Source: Spirochaetota bacterium
GTDB taxonomy: Bacteria > Spirochaetota > UBA4802 > JAFGJZ01
NCBI GenBank assembly: GCA_016928815.1
Contig: JAFGJZ010000167.1
Span: forward strand, 478 to 64,477
Direction: 5' to 3'
Length of the DNA: 64,000 nucleotides
Positions 1 to 10,822 of the stretch are shown here, piece after piece (within the stretch, counting starts at the first letter, position 1; every line of letters begins with the position of its first letter). The translations under genes were made by a program, and so were the position numbers. The notes below the pieces were generated by a model. It did no database searches, had not been told where the DNA came from, and saw only the letters and a list, made by a program, of their open reading frames with translations.

Positions 1-1
1 T

Positions 2-685
2 CCCACAAAAGACAATTCAACAAAATTTCAGGGAGAAAAAATAATTATTACGGAAAACTCTTCCGTCAAGGTATCCGCATATAGAAACGGAGCCAAATAC
101 GGAGATACTATAGTTAAAGATTATAAAATCAAACATCAACCTGATCTCATGGCCTTGACTTTCAGTTATTCCTATCTTACTTTCATTGACAGCAACTGGA
201 ATGACATTATGGACAAAAGTTTTCCTATGATGTATTCTCTGACCTGGATGATCGATTTCGGTGCGATTAATTCTGTAAAATCGAAACCTGCACTCAGAGA
301 TTTCGGATTTCTGGCATCAATCGATGCTGCACATGCCGAAACAAACAGCAGTGTACCCATGCACTATAACTTCTGGGGAGTTCACGGTGGTTTAATGTAT
401 TCACTCCGTTTCAACCGTTATTTCTCAGTAAAATTCTCATTAACAGGTGGAATTATTCATTCTGTTCTTTACCAGGATGATGAATATGAAGGTATAATAA
501 ACATGGGAAAAGTACCGGAAACGGTATCAAGCAGTACAGACCCTTACTTCACAGCATCTTCAGTAATGACCGGACAGATAGGTCATATCCTGCTGACAAT
601 GGGAACTGCATACCGCAACATATATTTCAATGAGAATCAGGCTCAGATTATATCATACAGTATTGGAGCCGGTTATTCTTTTTAA
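2..685 (+). CDS. Outer-membrane beta-barrel-like protein, 5' partial (the frame is open from the window start, so the N-terminus lies upstream)
   Basis: Frame 2 is open from nt 2 with no stop before the annotated Met at 149. The protein is beta-rich and Gly/Tyr-rich and ends ...GAGYSF, i.e. with the C-terminal aromatic signature typical of outer-membrane proteins. Confidence 0.45.
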   Translation, partial: PTKDNSTKFQGEKIIITENSSVKVSAYRNGAKYGDTIVKDYKIKHQPDLMALTFSYSYLTFIDSNWNDIMDKSFPMMYSLTWMIDFGAINSVKSKPALRDFGFLASIDAAHAETNSSVPMHYNFWGVHGGLMYSLRFNRYFSVKFSLTGGIIHSVLYQDDEYEGIINMGKVPETVSSSTDPYFTASSVMTGQIGHILLTMGTAYRNIYFNENQAQIISYSIGAGYSF

Positions 686-689
686 AAAT

Positions 690-2948
690 CTATGCAATTG
701 AATTATCATAATACTTAATCAGACTGACACTATTGCCTCTGTCATTATAAATAATTTTATCAAATATGCTGCAGGCGATAGTTATACCTCTTCCATGCAT
801 GAGAAAATTGTTCTTATTTTTTTCTTTCATCTGTTCAAAAACTTTTTTATAATCAAAACCTGCTCCTTCATCTTCAATTACATATTCAACAAGCTTATCC
901 GTTAATGTATAACTAATCTTCACTTTTTTTCCGGAAAAAGCCATTTCATTCTGACGTTGAGTTAGAAATTCAAGATAATTTCCATTCTCAAGTGCAAGAG
1001 ATTTATCGTTAAATGAAATTCCGAGATTTCCATGCTCAATAGCATTCATTATAATTTCCCTGAGAGCAACACGTACAAGATTAACGCTGCTTGGAGAAAT
1101 ATATTTAATCAGATTTCTTGTAAGCCTGAAAGTCATATCCTCAGCAAGCATGATGTGATTTTCTATTTCAAAATATAATTTTTCAAAACAGATATATTTA
1201 ACAAGCGCATCATCGATAGACGGACTTGCCTTGCCTATAATTTCAATTTCATCATGGAATTTTAGCAGAACAAGATAAATCCGCATTTCCACAGGTTCGG
1301 TATTGTACCTTGATTTCAGAAGTGTTTTAAAATGTACCGAGGTCCCGCTTTTATCACTTAGCAGTAATTTATCAAAATTTTCCTTTACGATTTCCTTAAC
1401 AATCTCGCTGTGTTTTACCTCATGATAAAGAATATCCTTGAAGCTGGTACCGAGCAAATCCTGCGGATCATATTTAAGATGCAGATATACCATTGAATTT
1501 ATTTTTCGAAAGATGAGATTTTTATCCAGTGAAAAGATTATATCTTCCGTTTCCTCAACAAGATGAAGATATCTTTGATTTGATAGGGTAATTTCGTTAT
1601 TAGCCTTTTTCAGATCTTTTACATTCTGTATAAGTTCGGTATTCAGTATCTCATATTTCACGCTCATTATATAAAATCTTCTGGAAAAAATGAACGCGAT
1701 ACTTCCCATAAATATGAAGAAACCGTATTTACTTGAGAAGAAGGAAGCATGAATATAAAGTGAATTTATTACATCATAAATAACAGTAATTGATACAATT
1801 ACTGTTCCAAACAGAATATTTCCGGAAACGGAATAAATAAATGTTTTTATTATGAGATGAAATTTCGATATTTTATCGTTTTCAACCTGTTCTTTACTTT
1901 TATAATTATCAAAATCATCCAGAAAACTTTTTATAAGATCAAAAATGAAAATATTTAACAGCGGTATAAGAAATGTGTATTGCCACAGCTTAAGAACAAC
2001 CTGCTTTGCCCTGATATTGCCGACAATTATAAGAACTGCAAGAAAAACAGAAAACCAGAAATACATTCTGAAAAATTTTTTTATTTTATTATACAGAAGT
2101 GAGTTTATAAAAAATCCCAATACGGGCATTATCATGAAAAGAGAAACCAGTTCAACAGCAGTAGCGGTTTCTGAATTTTTAAAATACAGATAGAGATTAT
2201 TTGTTCTGGCAAGAAAATAGACAAACACAATGAAAGAAAGTATCGCATAATATAAATAGTATTTCTGTTTAGTATAAGAAATAAACAGGTAAAGATGATA
2301 AATACCTATTAAAAAATAAACCACAATTAGAATATAGGCAATAACATCATAACGTTCAACCGCAAGAATATTGTAATAATCAATTACATAAGGTTTGCTC
2401 TGCCGGAAACCGCAGTCGTTACTTGACGGTTCACCTATTATCCTTATCATCAGAATATTGGATGTCTTGAGACTGTAATGATCAATTTCGGCAAGATAAT
2501 TTTTTCTATACTTTCTGTCAGTAATTGTTCCGTTTTCAGAAATATGAATCTCACTGTCTATTTTCTGGCCATTTATGAAAATTTCATAATTAGGGCCAAT
2601 AGATGCAAGGTAAAGTCCAAGAAACCGGTTTTCATTAAGAACATCTCCTGTAAGATTAAATTTAAAAATAAATGTATAATCATGAGCCTTTTCACGTATA
2701 AACAGAGATTTAACCGGATTCCCTTTTGTTTTAAAATTCATACTTTTAATTTTCAAGGATCTGAAACCATTTGACGACGGAGGGATGTACAGCCAGTCGG
2801 AATTAAAATCAGGAGGCGAATTAACCCATTCCGGATTGAAATCATCAATAGCATAAATAGGTACTGTAGTTAAATCTACAATCTGTGAAAAAGCTGAAAC
2901 GGAAAACAGTACTATTATCAGCGCAATGATTATTTTTATTAGTTTCAT
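690..2948 (-). CDS. Membrane receptor with signal peptide, periplasmic 7TMR-DISM-like domain, 7TM region, coiled coil/PAS-like linker and C-terminal RsbW/SpoIIAB-type HATPase (anti-sigma serine kinase) domain
   Basis: N-terminal signal peptide (MKLIKIIIALIIVLFSVSAF). A periplasmic region of about 200 aa is followed by seven hydrophobic helices at roughly aa 200-430. The C-terminus carries HATPase motifs: N-box REIIMNAIEHGN, G1 EDEGAGFD and G2 GRGITIA. No HisKA H-box was seen, consistent with a partner-switching serine kinase rather than a histidine kinase. Confidence 0.6.
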   Translation of the reverse strand: MKLIKIIIALIIVLFSVSAFSQIVDLTTVPIYAIDDFNPEWVNSPPDFNSDWLYIPPSSNGFRSLKIKSMNFKTKGNPVKSLFIREKAHDYTFIFKFNLTGDVLNENRFLGLYLASIGPNYEIFINGQKIDSEIHISENGTITDRKYRKNYLAEIDHYSLKTSNILMIRIIGEPSSNDCGFRQSKPYVIDYYNILAVERYDVIAYILIVVYFLIGIYHLYLFISYTKQKYYLYYAILSFIVFVYFLARTNNLYLYFKNSETATAVELVSLFMIMPVLGFFINSLLYNKIKKFFRMYFWFSVFLAVLIIVGNIRAKQVVLKLWQYTFLIPLLNIFIFDLIKSFLDDFDNYKSKEQVENDKISKFHLIIKTFIYSVSGNILFGTVIVSITVIYDVINSLYIHASFFSSKYGFFIFMGSIAFIFSRRFYIMSVKYEILNTELIQNVKDLKKANNEITLSNQRYLHLVEETEDIIFSLDKNLIFRKINSMVYLHLKYDPQDLLGTSFKDILYHEVKHSEIVKEIVKENFDKLLLSDKSGTSVHFKTLLKSRYNTEPVEMRIYLVLLKFHDEIEIIGKASPSIDDALVKYICFEKLYFEIENHIMLAEDMTFRLTRNLIKYISPSSVNLVRVALREIIMNAIEHGNLGISFNDKSLALENGNYLEFLTQRQNEMAFSGKKVKISYTLTDKLVEYVIEDEGAGFDYKKVFEQMKEKNKNNFLMHGRGITIACSIFDKIIYNDRGNSVSLIKYYDNSIA

Positions 2949-3080
2949 AAATATACCATAATGATATCAGCAAAGAAGGTAAAGAAAAATTTTATTGACA
3001 ATCAAAATTTTAAAAATTAAGGTCTCTTACTTATCCATGAAATTTTAATCTGTTTATGAGAAATTAATTACCGGATATAG

Positions 3081-3863
3081 TTGTCATGCAGGAGTATAAA
3101 TTTGAAAGATATTCAGTCGGAAAAAGATTACCGGAATATCCCCATAAATCAGGTGGGAGTAAAAGATATAAGCTATCCTATAGTGGTAATGGACAGGTCA
3201 AACGGAAATCAGCATACCATTGCACAAATTAATATGTATGTAGAACTGCCGCACGATTTCCGCGGAACACATATGAGCCGCTTCATTGAAATATTAAACA
3301 TACACAGGAAAGGAATATCTACAAAGATGATTCCCCGGATACTCTCGGATATGAAGGAGCAGCTTGATGCTGAAAGATCTTTTTTTGAAATACGTTTCCC
3401 TTATTTTATAACAAAGGAAGCTCCTGTTTCGAAGCAGCGCTCAAAAATGGAATATATTGTAACGATTTACGGTGATTCAGCTGAAAACTCATACTGCTTT
3501 GAAGTAAAAGTACCGGTAATATCATTATGTCCATGCTCCAGGGAAATTTCAGAATACGGCGCACACAATCAAAGATCCTATGTTAAAATTAAAATTAAAA
3601 CCGCTGATATAATCTGGATTGAAGATCTGGTTGAAATTGCCGAAAAATCAGCATCAGGTGAAATTTACCCGCTTTTAAAACGGGAAGATGAAAAATATAT
3701 CACTGAAAAGACATATCAAAATCCGATGTTTGTTGAGGACATTGTAAGGTGTACGGCGGAAAAACTGCAAATTGATAAAAGAATACTCTTTTTTGAAATT
3801 GAATCTGAAAACATTGAATCAATCCACAATCATTCGGCATATGCCCGGATTATCAGCAGATAA
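3081..3863 (+). CDS. folE2: GTP cyclohydrolase FolE2/MptA-like (COG1469 family)
   Basis: About 260 aa. Contains HMSRF and CPCS motifs that I associate with the FolE2/MptA family. Lies two genes upstream of tgt (queuosine pathway), same orientation. An alternative TTG start at 3102 is possible. Confidence 0.55.
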   Translation: MSCRSINLKDIQSEKDYRNIPINQVGVKDISYPIVVMDRSNGNQHTIAQINMYVELPHDFRGTHMSRFIEILNIHRKGISTKMIPRILSDMKEQLDAERSFFEIRFPYFITKEAPVSKQRSKMEYIVTIYGDSAENSYCFEVKVPVISLCPCSREISEYGAHNQRSYVKIKIKTADIIWIEDLVEIAEKSASGEIYPLLKREDEKYITEKTYQNPMFVEDIVRCTAEKLQIDKRILFFEIESENIESIHNHSAYARIISR

Positions 3864-3979
3864 AAAAGTTTTCTGATGCTTCATTAAAGATCAACTTATG
3901 AAAAACCGAAAATGAATGGTAATGTTAACTTGATTTTTTCAAAAATCATGTTATAATTAAAATTAAGAGTGTTAACAAG

Positions 3980-5035
3980 ATGAGAAATCCATTAAAAACC
4001 ATATTTGTACTGCTTGTATTATTTTTTACAGCTCATATTTCTGCTAAAACAGAAATAGTTTCTCCAACACTCTCCGGATTTGCCGATGCAGACGGTATTA
4101 ATGGAATAATATCAGGTTTTGATGATGTTATAGACAGTAATATTCAAAATATGGCAAATGGAACATTTTTCTCAAATTCAACCGGTTATCCTGTAGGATC
4201 AGCAATAATTAAGCCTTTTCCGCATTTTTTTATAGGAACATCACTTGGTGTTGGTCTTACAAATATGTCATTTTTTGACAAAGATAAATCCGATACAAAT
4301 AAAATACCTTCAGGGGGATTAAGCGGCGGTTTAATTTTCGGAACCGGTATCGGTGATAAAATGGATATTATAGGAAAATTTTTCTACATCGACCTTCTAA
4401 TATTTGATCCAATGACATTACCGGGAGCAAATTCTTTTCCTCTTGATCTGAATGAATTTTCTATTTTTACAGTAGGTGCAAAAGTCAGATACAATCAGAT
4501 CGGCAGGAAAACACTTATACCTTTTCTTTTTAATTTTGACGGATTAACTTTGAGCGTTGGCGCCGATCTTATGAGAGGCACAATATCGTCATCCGCAACA
4601 TATGATGAAACATTTAATCTTGGGGAAATTGATCTTGATGGTCCAGGAGGCAATCCGGCAGAATCAGTTGACCTTGTAATTACCGATTACAGCTTAAAAT
4701 TAAACTGGCTCCAGCTGGGTTTTACCGGAACTGCCTATGCATATTTCAACATTATTAAATTTCTGAATTTCTATACAGGACCTTCCGCTACAATCGGATA
4801 CGGATTTTTCAGTCTGGAATCTGAAATTAATGGCAATCTCATATCAACCTCGCTGCCTACAGTACCGGCCTCATTAATTACTGAAAGCCGATACTCGCCG
4901 TATCCGTTTATTCCTGCATATACATTCGGTCTTGAACTTAATATTCCGTTTATAAAAATCACCGGTGAAACTTCTGTAAATATGTACAACCGTGAAGATG
5001 TTACAGCTGTTTTCGGTATCAGGGTTCAGATCTGA
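3980..5035 (+). CDS. Secreted Gly/Ser/Thr-rich beta-rich protein of unknown function (possible outer-membrane protein)
   Basis: Clear signal peptide (MRNPLKTIFVLLVLFFTAHISA). Low-complexity beta-strand-like composition. No recognised catalytic motif. Confidence 0.45.
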   Translation: MRNPLKTIFVLLVLFFTAHISAKTEIVSPTLSGFADADGINGIISGFDDVIDSNIQNMANGTFFSNSTGYPVGSAIIKPFPHFFIGTSLGVGLTNMSFFDKDKSDTNKIPSGGLSGGLIFGTGIGDKMDIIGKFFYIDLLIFDPMTLPGANSFPLDLNEFSIFTVGAKVRYNQIGRKTLIPFLFNFDGLTLSVGADLMRGTISSSATYDETFNLGEIDLDGPGGNPAESVDLVITDYSLKLNWLQLGFTGTAYAYFNIIKFLNFYTGPSATIGYGFFSLESEINGNLISTSLPTVPASLITESRYSPYPFIPAYTFGLELNIPFIKITGETSVNMYNREDVTAVFGIRVQI

Positions 5036-5146
5036 CAGACTGAAAATTAAAAAACAAATCGGACGGATTATTTTTAACCTGCAATCATAACAGAAAAATT
5101 ATATTAATTCAAAAAAATCATTGTTAAATAGTTATACATTTCTTAA

Positions 5147-6286
<1,140 letters not shown>

Positions 6287-6382
6287 CCAGTAGTCATGTA
6301 ATGTTTTCTATTTCTTATTCAAATAATTAAAATTTGTCATAAAAAAAGGCAAAATATTACTTTAATTAATGAAGTATTTATC

Positions 6383-6411
6383 TTGACAATAGTATTTACT
6401 CAAATTATTAT
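6383..6411 (+). promoter_or_regulatory. Sigma70-type promoter TTGACA-N17-TATTAT upstream of the STAS gene
   Basis: TTGACAatagtatttactcaaatTATTAT, about 50 nt upstream of the ATG at 6462. Confidence 0.55.
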
Positions 6412-6461
6412 GATGAAAATCATTATTTATTAGGGAAAATACCTAAACAGGAGTAATTTTC

Positions 6462-6800
6462 ATGGAGATTAATCAGAGAGAAAAAGATGATTTAGTTGTA
6501 CTTGATATAGAAGGAGAAATTGACCTTTATAATGCTCCTGAAATAAAAGATATCATCAATCAATTGATTGAAGAACAAAAATATAATGTAATTATAAATC
6601 TTGAACAGGTATCATATATAGATTCATCGGGTATTGGTGCTCTTATTTCAAGTTTATCTAATCTTAAAAAATATCAGGGCGGTTTAAAAATAATAAATGT
6701 TTATGCATCAGTACGAAAAGTTTTTGAATTAACAAAGTTAACATCTTTTTTTGAAATATATGATTCAGAAGATGCAGCAATAGCATCTTTTAATAAATGA
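6462..6800 (+). CDS. Anti-sigma factor antagonist (STAS domain, SpoIIAA/RsbV-like)
   Basis: 112 aa. LDIEGEIDLYNAPEIKD...NLEQVSYIDSSGIGALI carries the conserved phosphorylatable Ser in DSSGIG. TTGACA-N17-TATTAT promoter just upstream. Confidence 0.8.
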   Translation: MEINQREKDDLVVLDIEGEIDLYNAPEIKDIINQLIEEQKYNVIINLEQVSYIDSSGIGALISSLSNLKKYQGGLKIINVYASVRKVFELTKLTSFFEIYDSEDAAIASFNK

Positions 6801-6872
6801 ATGTAAATCATAATGAAAACAAATATCCTGCAATTCAATAAACAGGATATTTTTATATATCAGGGGGATATA

Positions 6873-8051
6873 ATGAAAAAATTTAAATATTTACTGGTTA
6901 TTGCAGCAGCAGGATTACTTTTAGTGGCATGTGGTGATCTTGTTCCTATTCAGGAAATGACAACGGCAAAAGCAGATATTTCAAAGGCCAAAAGTTATAA
7001 TGCTGAAAAGTATGCGAATGAAGAATATACTGCGGCTATAGATTTATTGAAATCCTGTCACAGTCAACTTAAGGAAAATAAAAAAGATGATGCTAAAAAA
7101 TCAGCTATTGATGCATCAGTTAAAGCAAATGAGGCTATTGAAAAATCACTTCCATTATTAACACAGGATACAATAGAAATAGCTGAAACAAGCCTGGCTC
7201 AGGCAGAGGAAGCATATGCTTCAGAACTTGCAACAGAAGAATATACTGAAGCAAATTCACAGCTGGAAACAGCAAGATCTGAATTTGAATCAAAAAATTA
7301 TGCTTCTGCATATGCTGCAGCACTTAAATCCGATGAACTTTCAAAAAATGCACGTAATACAGCTCTCTCACAGAAATCAACACTTCAGGATGCTATTGAC
7401 GAAGTAAAAGAAACAATAGCAAGAGCAAAACAATACGATGCAATGAGTTATGCTCCGGATGAACTTCAATCTGCGGAAGAGAATCTTTCCGATGCAGAGA
7501 AAGCAAATTCCGATCTTGAACTCAAGAAAGGATTCGAATCTATTGGTTTAGCGAAAGCAGATGCTGATAAAGCTTATTTAATAGCAGTAAAAGAATATGC
7601 TCTTATGACAATAGAAGAAGCTGAAGACGCTATTGCGAAAGCTGAAAAATCTTCAGGAGCAAAAGGTGCAATAGATGAACTCAACGGATCAAAAGAATTG
7701 CTATCAACTTCAAAATCACAATTCGATGAAACTCTTTATGTTGAATCCATCAATTCAGCTGAAGAATCAAAAAGACTGTCATTTTATGTAATGAAAAACG
7801 GTGAAAACCAGAATGGTACGAATGTTGCAGATAACAATGGAACGGACAATGGTGATTATATTCTGTATAAAGTTAAATACCGTGAAGCACATTTAAAAGA
7901 CTGTTTATGGATAATAGCAAGAAAATTTTACAACGATCCATTCAAATGGAAAGTAATATATAATGCAAATAAGGATCAAATAAAAGATCCGGATCTTATC
8001 AAACCAGGCTGGGAATTAAAAATACCGAAACCGGTTGTAACAGAAAAATAA
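6873..8051 (+). CDS. Lipoprotein with repeated helical DUF4398-like segments and C-terminal LysM domain
   Basis: Lipobox LLLVACGD. Strong SD (AGGGGGA) 5 nt before the ATG at 6873; the track start 6813 lacks an SD. Three Ala/Glu-rich repeats (…EEYTAAIDLL…, …EEYTEANSQLETA…, …YAPDELQSAEENL…). C-terminal LysM-like YKVKYREAHLKDCLWIIARKFYNDPFKWKVIYNANKDQIKDPDLIKPGWELKIP. Confidence 0.65.
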   Translation: MKKFKYLLVIAAAGLLLVACGDLVPIQEMTTAKADISKAKSYNAEKYANEEYTAAIDLLKSCHSQLKENKKDDAKKSAIDASVKANEAIEKSLPLLTQDTIEIAETSLAQAEEAYASELATEEYTEANSQLETARSEFESKNYASAYAAALKSDELSKNARNTALSQKSTLQDAIDEVKETIARAKQYDAMSYAPDELQSAEENLSDAEKANSDLELKKGFESIGLAKADADKAYLIAVKEYALMTIEEAEDAIAKAEKSSGAKGAIDELNGSKELLSTSKSQFDETLYVESINSAEESKRLSFYVMKNGENQNGTNVADNNGTDNGDYILYKVKYREAHLKDCLWIIARKFYNDPFKWKVIYNANKDQIKDPDLIKPGWELKIPKPVVTEK

Positions 8052-8055
8052 ACAA

Positions 8056-8087
8056 AAAGCTGCCATTAAAACGGCAGCTTTTTTTAT
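8056..8087 (+). terminator. Rho-independent terminator after the LysM lipoprotein gene
   Basis: AGCTGCC-attaaaac-GGCAGCT followed by TTTTTTTA. Confidence 0.8.
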
Positions 8088-8173
8088 CTTTAATTCAGGC
8101 ATTAAATTATTTATTTTAAAAAAATTTTAACATTTATCTTCCTTTTATCGTTATGTAATAAAGGAGATATCTC

Positions 8174-8620
8174 ATGTATTCAACAACTTTAAACATCAGA
8201 CAGGATGTATATAAACAACTGAAGCAGCTTTCATTAGAATATGAAATTTCAGTTACATATCTTATTCAAAAAATACTCAAACAAACCGGTAAAAATCTTA
8301 AGGTAGAATTTAAAAGAACTGAATCTACACACTATCAGGATAAGCAACCAGAAAAAGCCAATTGGAAATGTTTCCACATTGTATTTCCCGAAGACGAATT
8401 TAATCAGAATTTACAATTTAGATACAATTACAGAATCAGTCTCAGTAAACTGCTGTTTATTGGTTTTGTTCTATTTTTAGATAAAGTGCTGTTAAAATTG
8501 GAAAACAAAGGAAAAATGCATAATTTTCAATATAATTATACATCAAATATTGTGATATACTGGCATTTAATAAAAAAAGAGCTGGAAATTTTTATTATGA
8601 AACCAAGAAAACCAAAATAA
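8174..8620 (+). CDS. Small protein, member A of a three-copy paralogous family (RHH-like N-terminus, hydrophobic ISxSKLxFIGFVLF segment)
   Basis: Shares ...YQD.QPE..W... and RISLSKLLFIGFVLFL with ORFs 40656..41114 and 58333..58788. The N-terminal TLNIRQDVYKQLKQLSLEYEISVTYLIQKIL has a ribbon-helix-helix-like pattern. A conserved CGTTAT...GGAGG leader lies upstream. Confidence 0.5.
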   Translation: MYSTTLNIRQDVYKQLKQLSLEYEISVTYLIQKILKQTGKNLKVEFKRTESTHYQDKQPEKANWKCFHIVFPEDEFNQNLQFRYNYRISLSKLLFIGFVLFLDKVLLKLENKGKMHNFQYNYTSNIVIYWHLIKKELEIFIMKPRKPK

Positions 8621-8648
8621 AAAAGGATGAAACAAGTTCATCCTTTTA
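8621..8648. terminator. Bidirectional terminator between the family-A small gene (+) and the lipoprotein operon (-)
   Basis: AAAA-GGATGAA-acaag-TTCATCC-TTTT. Confidence 0.7.
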
Positions 8649-8669
8649 AATATACTATTTACTTCACTT

Positions 8670-10061
8670 TTAATATGTTGTGCGCAAATTAACCAAAATA
8701 TCCTTATCTTTCTCAATTTTAACTTTATCACTTTTTTTTGAAACAATATTCCCGGCAGCATCAATGTAATTCAAATCGATATTATATTCACCGACAGGCA
8801 TACTTATCTTAAAAAACTGAAAATTCGAAGGAAGTGAATGCCAGCACCTTAAGTCTGGCTTAATCTGAGAAGCCAGTCCCGCACCTACTCCTGCGCCTGT
8901 TGCTGCTCCGATTAATCCGGCAAATGGAATATCTGTTGCTTCTGCTATCTTTTTTGCAGAATAACCGGATACAATGCTTATAACAGCTTTTGTAACTACT
9001 CCAGCGGCAGCCTTTGCCATTAACTTGTCATATTTATCATCCATTGTAAGAAAAGCTGCCTTATCTACATCAACCATATTAAAGGTAGAGCCTGCCTTCT
9101 TGCCGTCTATGATTATGTCAATATGGTCAATTTTATTGGAACGTTTCTCAAATTTTGGAATTGGATGCTCTGCAACTCCCAATGCCACGATTATACCTGC
9201 AGCCGTAACTCCCTGCTGTAGACTGATTCCTCTTATGGAAACATCTATTGCTGCCCGCATCGCAACATCCTGAAGCAGTTTCCCTCTTGATTTTTTAATA
9301 GCACTGCGTCCTGCCTGAAATACGAGAACGAAATCCGCAGAATCCGGATTCTCCTTACGGTACCGGCCGAATTTTTTCTGCCACATTGATAAATCTTCAT
9401 TATCCCTCAGTTTGGAAGCCAGTCTCATCAAGTCCTGTCCAAGATATGGAAGATTCGGATTAATGGCGTAAATCTGTTTCAATTCAACATATGCATATTC
9501 AATATCATTCAAATCATTGTTAATATCGCCGAGCATCTCATAGCAGACTGCCGTAAGATATTTTGCCAGAAGATTCTCATCATATTTTCTGTTTTTATCA
9601 AGTTTGAAAGATGCAAGCAGATTGCTCACCTTCATGAATTCGACACGCGCATCATCAATTTCACCAAGCCGGTAAAAATTAATTCCAGCATACATATGAA
9701 TGAGAACCAGTTCAAAATTCTCGCCTCGATAGTTTGTTGTAGTTTCGTTTAATATAATGGAAGCAGCCTGTTTTGAAACGCTTGCTGCCAATGTCGGATA
9801 AAGCTTTTCAGCTGCAAGTAATGCAACATTACTGCGTTTATAGTCATTTCCCGCATTAAACATTGCTCCGCATTCCATCATAAACAGAAGCTGATCCTTG
9901 TTCTTTGTATTAACTTTTTTTAATAGCAGTTTTGCGGCTTGGAGATATTTTCCGCTGTAAAACAATTTTTCTGATTCCTGCATCTGTTTATTATAATTAG
10001 GAGTACAGGAAAACATCAGGAATACTGTTAAAACCGCTGCTGCCGTAATGATCTTTTTCAT
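8670..10061 (-). CDS. TPR-like lipoprotein of unknown function
   Basis: Lipobox (VFLMFSC). Helical TPR-like N-terminal half (…YLQAAKLLL…, …YRLGEIDDARVEFMKV…). Good SD. Co-oriented with the upstream LpoB-like lipoprotein gene, 20-nt gap. Confidence 0.55.
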   Translation of the reverse strand: MKKIITAAAVLTVFLMFSCTPNYNKQMQESEKLFYSGKYLQAAKLLLKKVNTKNKDQLLFMMECGAMFNAGNDYKRSNVALLAAEKLYPTLAASVSKQAASIILNETTTNYRGENFELVLIHMYAGINFYRLGEIDDARVEFMKVSNLLASFKLDKNRKYDENLLAKYLTAVCYEMLGDINNDLNDIEYAYVELKQIYAINPNLPYLGQDLMRLASKLRDNEDLSMWQKKFGRYRKENPDSADFVLVFQAGRSAIKKSRGKLLQDVAMRAAIDVSIRGISLQQGVTAAGIIVALGVAEHPIPKFEKRSNKIDHIDIIIDGKKAGSTFNMVDVDKAAFLTMDDKYDKLMAKAAAGVVTKAVISIVSGYSAKKIAEATDIPFAGLIGAATGAGVGAGLASQIKPDLRCWHSLPSNFQFFKISMPVGEYNIDLNYIDAAGNIVSKKSDKVKIEKDKDILVNLRTTY

Positions 10062-10081
10062 TATGAATCCTTTTCAGTTAT

Positions 10082-10657
10082 TTAAAAAGTAACGCCGCCT
10101 TTTTTAGAAACCTTCAGAAACTCCTGCTGTTCCTGCCATACAACTACACGGGTAGCTACTTCCATCAGTTTCAATGTTACAACAAGATACTGTTTCTGCT
10201 TATTTCCGACAGTTCTCATATTTTCACGGATATCCCCATAAAGGTAAAGATTCGGGCTTTTAAGCTGACCGAACGGAACTGCACTGTCCGGATCAATCAA
10301 ACCTGTAGTACCCATTTCCATTTCCGCAAGCGCCTCTTTTGTCATTTCAGCATCAATGAATTTAATTCTTTTTTTAATAAGATTCGTAGTAATTTCATCT
10401 GTAACCATCTTTGCATCAAGATGATCGGAAGTTCTGTTTGCAAAACGCTGAACCTGAATAAATACAGGTTTATTATAGTCATTTTTAAGAAATGTGTACA
10501 TTGAAGTTACCATTGTGTTTACAGTAGTTTTAATTTCCTTTGGACCCCATTCTCTTGATCCGGTATCTTTGGATGCATCTTCATACTTAACGTTTTTTCC
10601 ACAGCTGAATACTGCCGCTAATAACAGTAAAACAGTAATTTTTTTAAATTTATTCAT
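10082..10657 (-). CDS. Lipoprotein resembling penicillin-binding-protein activator LpoB (COG3417)
   Basis: Lipobox LLLAAVFSCG. QRFANRTSDHLDAKMVTDEITTNL and the C-terminal YLYGDI...LVVTLKLMEVATRVVVWQ align by eye with E. coli LpoB (VDSVNNRTNGSL...YVLYSS...LQMQLMLVQTGEIIWSG). Confidence 0.45.
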   Translation of the reverse strand: MNKFKKITVLLLLAAVFSCGKNVKYEDASKDTGSREWGPKEIKTTVNTMVTSMYTFLKNDYNKPVFIQVQRFANRTSDHLDAKMVTDEITTNLIKKRIKFIDAEMTKEALAEMEMGTTGLIDPDSAVPFGQLKSPNLYLYGDIRENMRTVGNKQKQYLVVTLKLMEVATRVVVWQEQQEFLKVSKKGGVTF

Positions 10658-10822
10658 AATTTACCTCTTTCTCGGATTTATTCATCATTATTAACTCAAG
10701 TGGAAATAATATGCAATAAAAAAACAATAGGATAAGTGTAAAAATTTAAAGGAAAAAATAATTTGACTTTTCCAGTCATCTTTCATATCTTAGGTGGGTT
10801 AAATTAAATCAAGGAGATTACA

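Noticed and set aside
172-360. Many 60-100-aa ORFs in the six-frame track lying inside or antisense to long genes (e.g. 172..360, 1945..2193, 2478..2774, 4771..4989, 5815..6045, 7135..7407, 16157..17046, 33438..34113, 49302..52891)
   Set aside because: They are fully embedded in well-supported longer CDS, have no SD and low-complexity translations. They are typical shadow ORFs of an AT-rich genome.
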